Shown: in pieces, positions 1-12,660 of the stretch
Layout of the letters: every line of letters begins with the position of its first letter
How positions within the stretch are numbered: position 1 is the first letter of the stretch
NCBI GenBank assembly: GCA_964106645.2
Contig: OZ067046.1
Length of the DNA stretch: 64,000 bases
Direction: 5' to 3' (one strand)
From: Podarcis pityusensis
Taxonomy: Eukaryota
Program-made: the position numbers and the translations under genes
The notes under the pieces: model-generated
What the model was told of the DNA's origin: nothing
The model's database searches: none
Seen by the model: only the letters and a program-made list of their open reading frames with translations

Positions 1-2278
1 AGTCATCTTATGTGATAAGGGTTTTGGTGAATCTTTCCATGTCTGTTTGTTGTGTGTGCGTGTGTATGTGCGCATGCACACACAAATACGAGAGCGGGGA
101 AGGGGAGAAAGAGCACATGCATGACTTGACCTGTCTTAAGGTTTGGCTCGCCTTGCCTTCTTCAGTTATCTGCTCATCCTCTTTCTGTGTTTTGTGTAGT
201 ACTTCTGGGCATCCAGCCACCATCTTGAACTTGCTCCCCATATCCTGGAATTTGAGTCATTTTGCACCATGGGGGAAAACTATCATGGTGGCCTGTGTTT
301 CTGCCCCAATGGCTTGGGTTGGCATTGATACAGCTGCCCAGATTGTTTAGAAATACAGCCCTTTTCAGCCCTGTTGAGGAGACATTTCCCAGCATGCCTG
401 GCTCAGTGGAAGATGTCAAGACTATCAGAGCCTGACCTCTGCCTGTATAACTGGAACCACTCAATAACTGCTGAGGTCTGCTCCCATACGGAGGACTGAA
501 CAACCACAAGCTTTCTGGCAAGAACATTCTGGAACATTCTGGTGTGGTTCCACCTACCAAGGCTGGGCAGCGGCTCCTTCCTGGGATGAACAGCTCTTTG
601 GCCCTGCCATTCTCTGGTTCTGCCTTTGGCTTGTCCTCTCCTTCTGATTGGCTCCTGGTTCCTCTTCCAGTCATGGCTATTTGGCAAAGCCAGACTCCTT
701 GCTCTCAACTGCCACCTCCCTCCAGACTGCTGCCCACAGCCTAGCTCTGCATCTCTACTACCCATTATAGATAACTGTCTCTGAGGTGCGTGAAACAGTT
801 GTTGACATGCTCTGGTCACCACCAGGGAAGAAGACAGTGTTGTTGGGAAAGGAGTCCAGGTCACCTGCATGGGCCTCCTTGAAGGTTTCCATTTGATGTT
901 CCCTGGACTGAAATGGAGTGTCAACACATTGCGATTATAATTTTTGTCACTGAGTTGGAATTAAGACTTTCAGCCCATCAGGACCACACAGGGCACTGAA
1001 ATTGTATCACACGGGACTCTTATCTCATTGGGATGAAAGAGAAACTTTGTCCTCCTGTCAGGAACTATTGTCATTTGGAGTTAGGTTCTTACACTGGGGG
1101 ACACAAAAGCCACACACTGGGCAGAGGGGAAAGCACACACTGCATGGTTGACCATCAAGCTCATTTCATACATGTCAGCATCATTGTCCTGAGGAAATAT
1201 GATCAGATCATTTAATACTACATCTGAGATTCTGCTAATTTCCCTGACCAGCCAAGTAGTTGTTTCTTTTCATTATCAAAATACCATCAAGCCCAACATG
1301 CAAGTTCCCTGGACAGAAGTGCTGAAACATTTCTTTCACTTGTCTTCAAGGATTCTACCTTCTCCCCAGCCCCATAAAGCATTGCTCTAAGGAATTACAT
1401 GCAATTCTGTAATCATGATTTAAAACATGAACCTCAAACTTTGATGGAAATGTCTACCAGTTTCATTTATCATTAAATGGAGGCTCCACGAAACATTACA
1501 GCAGGAAAAACTTCCTATTTAGAAGAAAAAACAAAAACTTAGAAATACAATTTCATATTCAAGGAAAATCCTTTGTATTGCTTCACAGAGCAGTATGGCT
1601 GTTACCCATGCAGTTCCTGGGTGAACAAAGTATATCTGCTGTGCTGAATGGTTGTTTGCTTTTGTGGGGGTGGGTGCCAGTGTTTTATGCAAAAAGTTGT
1701 CATTTTGGGAGTGCAAAGTCATCAATTTTTGTATATGATCCTGGCAAATTAAGGATCACACAGTGAACATGACAACGTCATAGAGATAAATAGCTAATAA
1801 GATCTGGCTACATGATGATGGATTGGTAGCTGGTACTCACTGGAGTTGGCAGAGAGGCAGAGAGAGCCAGAACCAGAACCAGGGACAGGCAGAACCAGCT
1901 AATTCCAGTTTTGTCCTCATTCTGCTCCCTGCTGCATACAGTGAGGCCCCTGTTGCAGGTGAGAAGGCAGGCAGGTGGGGACCAGTTGAGAGCAGGTGGA
2001 GCTTGGTGCAGGTGTGTGTGACTCATTTGCCCATATGTGCAATTGCCCTCACTCTGGTGGGGAAGAAAGAGGGGAACACATCCTTGCTGCCCCTGCATGA
2101 CCAAGCAAACCATTGGCTTGATTGGAATCTAGGCTTAGACAAGGATCCTCAGTGTAATAAGCTTGTGATACATTCTGCCCCTGAGCATTGCATGCAGTGG
2201 TAGGGCTGCACCTGGACCTCAGAGGAGACTCCAACCTCGCCCCCCCTTCCACCCCCCCAGCAAGTTATCAGATTAGAG

Positions 2279-2650
2279 CAGGGGTCAGCAAACTTACTGC
2301 GCCTCGGGCCAGTCTCTCCAGCGCCGGCAGTGGGCCGGAGGGCGGGGGAGCGCGTGCCATTAGCGTGCGCACATGCTATTTCTGGTGCACTTCTGGGTCA
2401 GAGGAGCACCGGAAATAGCTTGTGTGCATGTGTATGGGTCTCCTCTGACCCAGATGTGCACCAGAAATAACGCTTGTGCATGCGCAAATAATGCTTGCAC
2501 ATGCGCACAAGCTATTTCTGGTGCTCCTCCGCCCTGGAAGTGGGCAGCTGTGCAGCGCATTGCCGGTAAGAGCAGGCAGTGGCAGTGGGTGGCGGGGGTT
2601 ACCGCGGGCCAGATAAACAAGTCCCTCGGACCTTAGTTTTGGGACCCCTG
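2279..2650. mobile_element. Non-autonomous hAT (Charlie-like) DNA transposon
   Basis: TIRs CAGGGGTCAGCAAACT ... AGTTTTGGGACCCCTG; perfect 8-bp TSD GATTAGAG (2271-2278, 2651-2658); internal inverted repeats. Confidence 0.88.
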
Positions 2651-2938
2651 GATTAGAGAACTGGGCCAAAACTAACAAAATGAATTTCAGTAGGGACAAA
2701 TGAAGGTTCTACACTTAAGCAGGAATAATCAGATGCACTGATATAATATGATGGACACCTGACTTTCCAGCATGATCTGGCAAGTTAACAGTGTGATTCA
2801 GTAGCAAACAAAAGTTAAAGTTCTTCTAAGCTGCATCACTCTATTCTGCCTTGGTCAGACCACACCTGGAATCCTGTGTCCAGTTCTGGGCACAACAGTT
2901 TAAGAAGGATATTGACAAGGATTCAAGATGATCAAGAG

Positions 2939-3074
2939 CAGGCATAGGCAAACTCGTCCCTCCGGATGTTTTGGGACTACAACTCCCATCATCGCTAGCT
3001 AGCAGGACCAATGGTCAGGGATGATGGGAATTGTAGTCCCAAAACATCTGGAGGGACGAGTTTGCCTATGCCTG
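2939..3074. mobile_element. Palindromic hAT-type MITE (136 bp)
   Basis: 55-bp arms match 53/55 as inverted repeats (CAGGCATAGGCAAACTC...GAGTTTGCCTATGCCTG); 8-bp TSD ATCAAGAG/ATCAAGGG (7/8). Confidence 0.88.
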
Positions 3075-4588
3075 ATCAAGGGTCTGGAAACAAAGCCTGA
3101 TGAGGAACGGTTGAGATAATTTAGTCTGGATAAGAGGAGACTGAGAAGAGATATGAAAGCCATCTTCAACTATCTTTAGAGATGTTCCATGGAAGATGGA
3201 GCAAACTTGTTTTCTCCTGCCTGGAGGGGAGGACTCAAACCAATGGCTTCAAGTTACAAGAAAGGAGATTCCAGCTAAACATCAGGAAGAACTTTCTGAC
3301 AGTCAGAGCTGTTTGACAGTAGAACAGATTCCCCCTGGAGGTGGTGGACTCTCCTTCATTGGTGGTTGTTAAGCAGAGGCTGGATGGCCATCTGTCATGG
3401 ATGCTTAGTTGAGATTGCTGCAGTGCAAGGGTTGGACTAGATGACCCTCAAGATTGCTTCCAACTCTACAGTTCTGTGGTTCTGTATGATTCTATGGGGT
3501 TACCATAGGACTCCAGTTACCAGTATATTAAACTTACCGGATGCTGGTGTTAGCGACTGCCAACATAGGAGGCTCCATAGGAAAGCTAAACTGTTTTGCT
3601 ACATCTCAAATCTCCCCTGTCTTCAAATATTCCTCATTGTAGGATGAAGAACAGTATCTAAAAGGACAGCTTTCATTCCATTATACAATACAAAGGTCTC
3701 TGTGCTGAAATGTTGATTCTCAGGAAAGATTAGACATCTTTTTAGTTCACCAAACACAAAGTGTAATAATCTGTCCTAAGTATGCAATCCAAACTCAGCC
3801 CCTGGAAACATATATCTGATGGAAACCACAAGCTGAATTCACCAGAGTTAATGGGTGGGTGAGTAAGTTGAACGCAGTGCTTCCTGCAATTAAAACATAT
3901 GGATTCAAATCAGAAGGTTACAGTTACCAACCAAGATGCTAGAAACTATTTAAGTCTCCGCAGAGCAGGCACAAGTGAATTCTTTGTTGTTCTAAAGTTT
4001 ATTTTATTATCCTAGAACTTTAGCAATTGGTTTGAAATTGAAGTGAGAAAGGCTCAAGCCCACCGGGTTTACTCTTTTCTGCTAACATATGGACTATTAT
4101 CCGGGTTTCAAAGCGGCCACCAAAGAAGGCTGTTTCCAAAGCTGTAGTAGGATAGCAATCTAACACCCCTCCTGAATGAAAAGAATGAATACAACTTTTC
4201 AGCTCACAAATGAGGTAGATTAGGTGCAGTGTTTTAGTCCTGTGTGCAAATGCTCCCCAAAATGTCTCTCAGGCAGGCTCCCTCTCTCTCTCCACAGCAG
4301 CCGTCTGGAACGATTGCTAATAAATAGCAGAGGAGGAATCAAGGAAAACTTGTCTTTCAGTACAGCCAGGAAAGGGACAGTATTTGATAGCTGATGTGTG
4401 ATGGTGGCAATTAGCATCTGACAGTATTGATAACCAATGTGAAAATGTGGGTTGCTATAGTTTTCAGACTTTCTTGATGGAAAACTTTTCACACTGAATT
4501 ATTAGCCAATGGACTCCAGATATCTGGTGCAGGTAAACTTGAAGGTATCTCCTAGGGTTGTGTTCTTCAACACTGGTTCCTCAGATAC

Positions 4589-4763
4589 TAGGGCTGACAT
4601 ATTTCAAAAAGTAAAAACCAGGACACCCCAAAAGTTGTTGGGGTTTTTTTTGTTTACTTGCCAAAGATCCAAGACAAACCAGAAATCCCCACGCCCCAGA
4701 CATTACTTCCGCCTTTGAAGTCCTGGTAATGTCCAGGAAATCTGGGGTATACGGCAGGCCATA
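4589..4763. mobile_element. Degenerate hAT-like non-autonomous element
   Basis: TAGGGCTGACATATTT...AGGACA start and degenerate ...GGCAGGCCATA end resemble the TIRs at 18778/19737; no TSD visible. Confidence 0.45.
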
Positions 4764-4795
4764 TGTGCTCAGCTAGAAACATAAAGACATCAACA

Positions 4796-4904
4796 GTGGA
4801 GGTTGGCTGGCCACCTGTCAGGGATTCTTTGGCTATTATTCCTGCATTTCAGAGGGTTGGACTGGATGACCCTCGAGGTCCCTTCCAACTCTACGATTCT
4901 ATGA
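4796..4904 (+). mobile_element. CR1 3'-end fragment
   Basis: GGGTTGGACTGGATGACCCTCGAGGTCCCTTCCAACTCTACGATTCTATGA matches the CR1 3' end at 63720-63780. Confidence 0.8.
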
Positions 4905-4912
4905 AAACTGTG

Positions 4913-4916
4913 TACA

Positions 4917-4962
<46 letters not shown>
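4913..4962. repeat. (CA)n(GA)n compound microsatellite
   Basis: Directly visible. Confidence 0.95.
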
Positions 4963-4966
<4 letters not shown>

Positions 4967-7923
4967 TTATCACAATATTAGAGCTAGAGATGCTTGAATT
5001 CCATCCTTCTGTTTCTGCGCAGTTTTTTACTTTTCTGCCTTCTTGCCTCAGATATTCACAGAAAATCCATGGAGTACCTCAGATATCCCTTCTGTTAAGA
5101 ACTGCAGGCATAAATTGCACACTAAAACCAGCATCCAAATGTAGATCCATCTTCACTTTTAAATCCACAGGAAGCTTGTGTGAGAATTTTTGCATCCAGC
5201 CACCAATTTCCCCCCTCTTAATTAAAACTTAAATCAAAGAGAGCCAGGCAGAAACTGGGTTGAAGTTAATTACAATAACCATGTAAAAAAAAAAAAATCA
5301 AACCTGCCAGATTACTGCTGCATCCCTGAGTACAGCAGCGAGGAAGAGCTGGAGACTTAATTCAGTTCTCTGGGTTCTCTGGCCTTACAGCATTTTAACA
5401 GCTTTCTCATGTCTGAATAGAACTCAGCTGAATTTGAAGCCAAGCAAGCTCTTTATCTCTTTTTATTTTGAATAGGCAAGGTTTCTGGAGGCAGAGATTT
5501 CGATTGTCAAGGGTCCTGAGTTATGCGTTAAGGGTAGAGATGCCAGTGTAGATCTGAGAGTTTAACTTTCAGGAGGTAGCAAAAAAGACTTTTTGTTGTA
5601 AAGATCCGTGGCTTCTTGACTCCCAGCTGTAAGAAATCTTTGTTTCTTTCTCTTCCTTAGTGAAAAAGGAGATTATCTACTGCAGAGCACCTATTATTTT
5701 ACCTTTTCATTCACTGTAAACTCTGTTTTCATGCTTGTTGCTTCTTTCTATGCAGTCGCACTTGGTGCTAAATGCTGACCTTTACTTTGTTGCCAGAGTA
5801 AATGTAGACCATTTTACCACTTCAAAGGACAAGCCCTGGACTTTTCAACATTTAAAAGCCAGCTGGCATGGATATTTACCTGTCTACAGTAACATCTAAC
5901 TACTTGTCAACTGTAACTTGGCTAACATACTACCAAAATAAAACTCTTTTCAAAAGCTAGTCCAATGGTCATTTACTTCATTGTGAAGATGGCAGGATCC
6001 CAGCCGGTTGTGGGTAAGTTATAGTTGTTTGTAGCAGAAAGGGTTAGGTTTGCTTTGCTTCAGACCATATCTACCTAAGGGGATGGAATCTGACTTTCGT
6101 AGCATTAACAAATGTTCTCTCCACCCCCTTTTGTTTTCTTTTGAAAGTCCATTTAACTCTGCTTTGTCATTCCATCTGGAAACGAAAGAGCCGGGGTGAT
6201 GGGTTTGCATTCTGTTTCACTAGCAGAAGATGAAGGAACAAAATTTATCTCCTGATGTCTGCCATTCCCTTAGATCAATGCAATGAGATTGATTTCTCTG
6301 TGTTTTAACAGAAGAAAAAAGAATAAACAAAATGAACCGTATTAGGGCCTCCTTCCATAATCAGACATCGTGGGATAACAATGGTTTCTATGTACTGCAT
6401 GTTTTTTTAAAAAAAAACTAAAGGGAGAGAGGGAATTAGCGGTCCAAGTCTGGGGACCCTGAGCAAGAGCTCGGGTTTCTTGAGTTGTTCTCTCTCATCT
6501 ACAATAAAACAATAACTGGATGGTCTTCTCCAGTGGATGGAGTTCATAATTTCATCAAGGGCCTATGACCTTGGACCAAACTACTTTAGGATCATCTGCC
6601 TTAGATATCTGTGCTACCCTGCCACATGGTAACATAGCTTTACCACACAGAAGCGGTACAGGTGAAGTAAAAAATGTGGTGCAATGTGTACAACTGTGCT
6701 TGTTTGACCTGCCCACCCCGACCAGGAAATAATCCAAGGAAAATAACAATGTGATAAAGTTTTAACAAAGTGGTGTACAATGTAAATGACTGGGAAGGAT
6801 CATTCTCTGCATCATTCGGCCAACTCACAAGGAGAATTTTACTACAAAACAGGTGTGGTCAAGAATATAGCTAACTCCTTGAAGAATTTAGTATTATTTT
6901 TGTTTGTGCACCAGGACTTCCTGAACAGACGGGCTTGGCTGGAGATATTTTTAGTAAGGTGCTAACACCAACTAAAGTGTTAGGAGATTAATTAGTTGGA
7001 ATCAATTTTAATCAGTGATTACCTTGGTGCTCCTCACCCAGCAAAGATGACAGGGCAACACATAATGGTTAAAAAAACACACCCCAGTGATTAGCCATAC
7101 TGCCTTTCAAGCTTTGGACCAGTGGTGAGACTTGATATGGCCTTTATCAGTTGCTGAAATGCTGCATTAGCAAGTAAGCAGTAAATTATGTCTAAAGTAA
7201 TTAAACAGCACCTAAGCAAAGGACTGGAGGAGAAATTGAATAGCGGGTGGGAATAAAAGCAAACGAGAGAGATTCTGCTTAGGCATTTTTATCAGGCAGT
7301 TACTTATCATCTACCAGAGGGTGAAAGAGAAGGCTTCAGCAGTAGGTAGCAATTCAAGGCTCTTAAACTGACTCATTTAAATAAGTGAGTGTAGCATTAA
7401 CTGTGATAATTTGTACATCAGTAAATCTCAAGAGTGTACCAACAATGATTATTGGTCACTGAACAGTGGTCAAAAGGTAATGCGGGGAGTTCTCTGCAAT
7501 TTATACTGTGCGGTGCCAGAGGATTCCAGCTAGCATCTCCATGAAACCATTGATTGAAGTTTGTGGCGAGGGCTTATCAGTCGGCTCTTTTTCGCTCAGC
7601 AGGAGCCTCCACTCTGCTCTTCCAACTGGGGAGGCAGAGATGACAAAAGACATCACACAGGTTGCAAAGAGATAAGATTGTTTCTCAGAGTTTGGACGCT
7701 TCTAGGTGGGGGCTCAATATTGTAAAGAGGTTGCTGAATCTTCTAACTTACTGGGTTTTTTGTGTAAATGGTACATCTGGATCAAATCCGGGTAGGGGAT
7801 GATGGCGCAGACAGGTATTTTGATACCCACAATGTCTTGAGAATACTGTGAATCGATTAATCAATCTTTATTGTGGTCAAATATCAGACAGCAAAATTAA
7901 CAACAACAACAACAACAAAGGTT

Positions 7924-8258
7924 GGGACGATGGTGGCGCTGTGATCTAAGCCATCAAGCCTCTTGGGGTTGCCAATCACTCTGTCCCAGCTCCTGCCAAC
8001 CTAGCAGTTCAAAAGCACACCAGTGAAAGTAGATAAATAGGTACTGCTGCAGCAGGAAGGTAAATGCCATTTCCATGCTCTCTGGCAGTCGTCAGGGTGT
8101 TCTGTTGCCCCAGAAGTCATTTAGTCCTGCTGGCCACATGACCTGGAAAGCTGGCTGTGGACAAACACCGGCTCCCTCGGCCTGAAGCGAGATGAGCACC
8201 ACACCCCATAGTCACCTTTGACTGCACTTAACCGTCCAGAGGTCCTTTACCTTTACCT
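7924..8258 (+). mobile_element. Sauria SINE (internally deleted head)
   Basis: GGGACG..GGTGGCGCTGTG head, CTCCTGCCAACCTAGCAGTT body, GTAGATAAATAGGTAC motif and (ACCTTT)n tail; homologous to the copies at 15808 and 37181. Confidence 0.88.
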
Positions 8259-9348
8259 ATATGGGTGCAGATGGCCTTTCAGAGACCCTAATCCAAAACT
8301 ATGCAGGGCTTTATAGGACAAAATTGTCATATAATTGTCTTATAATTTTGCCTGGAAACAAATTGGTAACCTGCGAACCTCTTTTAGGTCCCAGCAAGAT
8401 GTGTTCGCACCTACCTGTGATTTACTGCTGTATTCTAACCCTGTTAAAGCTTCCAGTCGGTGTTCACAGGCAATTTCATATATAACACATGTCCAGTGGG
8501 CATTGATGCCAGATTATGTGTTTCCAGATATCTATGTAAGTTCTGGTTTAATATGCTGGCTGTTTGCTGTAATAAACATTGATTGATTTGATTGTGTTTC
8601 TGGGAAAGTCTGAAGCTGGTGTACCAACAAAATTCTTTAAATGCTCTTTATGCCACGGACAGTACGGTACTTGTGCATCTATCTCTGTGGAGGGAAGGTT
8701 GGTATTTCCTTATTTTATTAACAAAAATCTAACTTCCACTCCACTGATTTTCCTGAACGCATCCCACTGCCACCAATTAATATCTCTTATACCCTGTTCA
8801 CCAGCAACTTAATTTTACCTTTAACTCTGCTAACTATACCTTTACCAACAATATTATGTTGATAACAATATTATGTAGTGCACAAGCTTATGCAATTACG
8901 TTAATATAGTGCCATCTCTTTAAGTGGGTATATACTGCCCGGTATAATATGGAGCCAACCAGTATCCACTAAGTGGAAGACCAATCACATCAACCACCAA
9001 TCTCATTTCGATTCCAACTTTCAAGAAATCCTATGGACCCATCCTCACCTGAAAGTGGGCCTTCTTAGTTGGTCTCCCACCTTGCAGAGGCTAACAATCC
9101 CTGTGTGTTTCATTCTCAGCAGGTAATGGTCTATCCATCACAAGGACACTGCTGATGCCTTCAAGACTATTTTACAAATAGCCCTACTTTCCCCCAACAG
9201 GAAGACAGGCTGCTGAAGGCAAATTTCCAGGGGTAAGTGTGAGGTGAAGTACCCTGCTGCTTCCCCATTGCAAATGTCCACTTTGCTGCCACTTTTCAGT
9301 GGAGAACAAACAGCCTGCAGTCCCAGACCCAGGTCTGTTGTTTCATGA

Positions 9349-9406
9349 TGATGCTGGACTGGATGGGTTCGTGGCCTGATCCAGCAGGCTCTTCTTACAT
9401 TCTTAA
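9349..9406 (+). mobile_element. Short CR1-type 3' tail fragment
   Basis: GGACTGGATGGG..GGCCTGATCCAGCAGGCTCTTCTTACATTCTTA terminal pattern. Confidence 0.45.
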
Positions 9407-10190
9407 GTTTTATTTCAATAAATTAATATTTATTTCATATAGACATTTATAAATATATGGATTTTTAAAAACAAAACAAAAACAAAACCCTACTTTGTGG
9501 CTAGAGATGGAACCCCTCTATAAAGAGATCTTGAAACTCAGCAGCATGTTGTGGAATATGGGATTCAATTACCAGCATAATTAATTGTCTTGGAAAGAAA
9601 ACAATTTGCTAGTTAATTTGCTGAAATAACGAACTATAAAAGCAGTGAAGGTGGTAGTTCAGCAAATCTGAGTAAATCATCGTCTTGCTCTGACTACTGT
9701 TCACTAGCAAATGGAGATAAGTGTTAATGAAAGAAGTCTCTAGGGGTGTGCATTCGTTTTGGGACGAATGGGAAAATGGGACTAATAGGTCCCTTTTGTT
9801 CATTCATCATCCATCACGAGACAAACACCATAGACGCAAACGACTCCTGGATGAGTAGCTGTGCTTTTGGGGCTGCTTTTGGTTTTCAGTCTTGATTTCC
9901 CAGCAAGCGGCAGATCAAGCACAGCCAAGTTCAGTGGAAATGTTCATGTGCTGGTTTGCGTGCGTTAGGAGAAAATGGACACTCATCTCTCCAACTCAGA
10001 CACATCCTAGCAAAAGTTATTTTCCCAGATCTTTTTTCCGCATAGGAACCTTCAAGTCCTGGCATCTAGATGAAGGATATGAAGAAAAATGGAACAGAAA
10101 TGCAACACTGTTCCTTGTTTCCCCCACTCTGTAGCTCTGATGCTTTTTAGCAGGAGAAATGGAGAGAAAACATTTGGTTCTGTGGTTGCC

Positions 10191-10221
<31 letters not shown>

Positions 10222-11584
10222 ATGTAGTCCCTCATCTCTTTCCATTTGTAGTTTATTCATTCATAAGAACATATAAAGCATCCAAATGCAGACCCTAATT
10301 TATTTCCATCTGAAAATTATTTATTTATTTACACATACATACATACATACATAAGAATAAATATTACAATTTTCTATGCACTATAGAAAGGTTTTTAAAC
10401 AACTTAGACTCTGGCCTCAGGCTTACAGTCAAAACTACGTCTTTTTTCACCCTTATTTAGCTTCTGTGTAGCAGGACTCCAAAGTGATCCTGGGCCTTTG
10501 TAGCATTCCTGGCCGAATGTTTTTAGCCAGCCCCAGAATGACAGCAGAGCAGGGAACGGAGAGGCTTGTGTATGTCAACGGCCTGGTGCCCCAAGAGACG
10601 GCATGTGGGCCTGCTGATGACCAAATGCAAGCCCAAGCCCAAGTGTTTTATTCTCATATACTGAACGTAAGTGAAAGATACACAGGAGCGAGACATCTTG
10701 GTACAATTAAAGAGACACTGTGAAGACGGCAAAGCACAGAGTCTTGACCTGGAGCTCTATAACATTGGATCAGTCTGGTTGGCTTGACCTCTGGTGCTCC
10801 CAAAGTGTTTGTTTTATTTTACGAGACTTTATTTTCCATTTTTCCAAGCTTAATAGGAAATTTAACATGCAAACGCTGATGCTCAGCTCTGTCAGGCTCA
10901 CACTAGGTCAGCAGGCCTCATTCCTGTTTGTGCGGAGGCAGCATGAATTCTTCACCTGGTGTGTAGTGAAAGATGTGGCGGGGGAGGCCTTTTCTCACAT
11001 TTAGCAGCATGGAGATCGTCAGTCAGTTTAATTCTCATTCCTTTGCTGTGGGATGCAACAATATCTTGGCTGGATTTAGGAAGCAGCAAGGTACGGTACT
11101 CCTGGTTTAGATCATCATGTGCTCACAGTTGTATGTGCTTTCTATTTTTATGAGTATCAGTCTCCCATGTTTCACTAGCATGACAGCATAGATCCAAGAT
11201 TAGATTCCCCTTTCTAATATTACACTATATTCCGGACATCTCCAACCCGGCACCTCCTACTTATTTTGCAGCTAAGCACGTGAGTCATGAGTGTGTGGCC
11301 TGATGCTGTTTTGCGAGGATCTCTGGACTGGTCCCCTAATCTTACACTGGCATTAGAAGATGAGTCCTGTACCTAAAGGAAACATCACAGAGAACAGGGG
11401 AAAATAACCAGAATATTGCAGCACCTACTCTTGTAGTCCCCACTTCCCCAAAAATATATTTGGATTATGAGGAAACTGGATGAACAGTTGGATACATATC
11501 CCATATGAATCACCAATGGATATAGAGATAGATCCCAGTCTTGACTGGGGGCAGAACAAAGGCTCTCTGCTTCAGAATCACACA

Positions 11585-12660
11585 TTTTTTAAAAAAAGTT
11601 TTTATTAAAGATTTTCTTGGGTTACAAAAGTACATACAGCATCTCTGCTTTCAGTTCATAGGGTCCTTTCTACAGATCAGTTATATTCAATGTGAGACAC
11701 TAATGTTATAGACAGTATGAGGTTGGGGAAGGGGGGGGGGGAGAAGGGGGGAGCAAATTTTCATTCCTTTAGCTAGTGTATGTGTAAGATTTTGTGTCAG
11801 CGTCATGTGAGTAGTTTCTTTTTCTATTCAGTTATTAGTTTTAATTGGCGGGAGATACTGGGGGCCCCAGGGCCTCCTTGGTTGTCTACAGTGAGTAAGC
11901 AACCAAGAGTTGACTACAGTGAGTTTTGTTTGTGTGTGTGAGGGGAGGGGTTGTTAGGTCAAGTTAGCCAATTTGTATGCCTTTGGTGTGTTCTTGTTCT
12001 TGTTTCGTTGGGCTGTATGTGTAATAAAAGGGAGTCACACCAGGGTAAAGGTGTCCTCTTTTATTTGTCCCCATGCTAGTTTCAATTTGTTGGTTAGCTT
12101 TTCTAGTAGAGCTGTTTCCCATACGGTTTGGTACCAGTGGTCTATGTTCACTCCTGACCTGTCCCTCTAGTGTCTAGTTTATGAAGCTCCTGGCTGCTGA
12201 TAGGTGGCTTATGAGTTCTTTGTAGAGTGAGTGTGTGTTATTATCTTGGAAAATATTCAGTAGGGCCAGTTCTGGGGTAGCTTCTAGTACCTGGTTTTCT
12301 TGTAGGACAGAAGTCCAAAAGGGTTGGATTTAGGGGCAATCCCACCACATGTGGAGGTATGTGCCTGTAGAGGTGCAACCTCTCCAGTATTTAGTGAGGT
12401 TTCTGGGTGTATCAGTGCCAGCTTCCGGGGTGTTAGGAACCATCTATAGTTCGAGGTGAGTTCTCTTCTTTTGGTTGAGATGGAATTAAAGAGAGGTTTA
12501 GACCACAATGTAGTCCATCGAGTAGCCCCCCCCCCCGTAGCCTATGTCATTCTCCCACTGTTTTTTCCTTAGGATGAGGAGGGTTTGTGGGATTCTGAAG
12601 TAGTGTTTTGTACACAGAATCATTTCCGTCTTCTATCCTTTGACCATCTATGCCGAGTTT
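11585..12660 (-). mobile_element. Degenerate L1-clade LINE 3' fragment
   Basis: Minus strand encodes YLHMWWDCP (ORF2 Cys/His motif) and HWYQTVWETALLEKLTNKLKL; AATAAA and an A-rich tail at ~11585-11606; stops and frameshifts present. Confidence 0.75.

Larger units (their letters stand above)
2262..3496 (+). mobile_element. 5'-truncated CR1 LINE (degenerate ORF2 3' part + 3' UTR), interrupted by two hAT MITEs
   Basis: Degenerate CR1 ORF2 peptides (RLENWAKTNKMNFSRDK; [18 protein letters not shown]; KLQERRFQLNIRKNFLTVRAV) and a TTCTGT/ATTCTATG-type tail at ~3472-3496. Homologous to the copies at 16713 and 63075. Confidence 0.9.
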
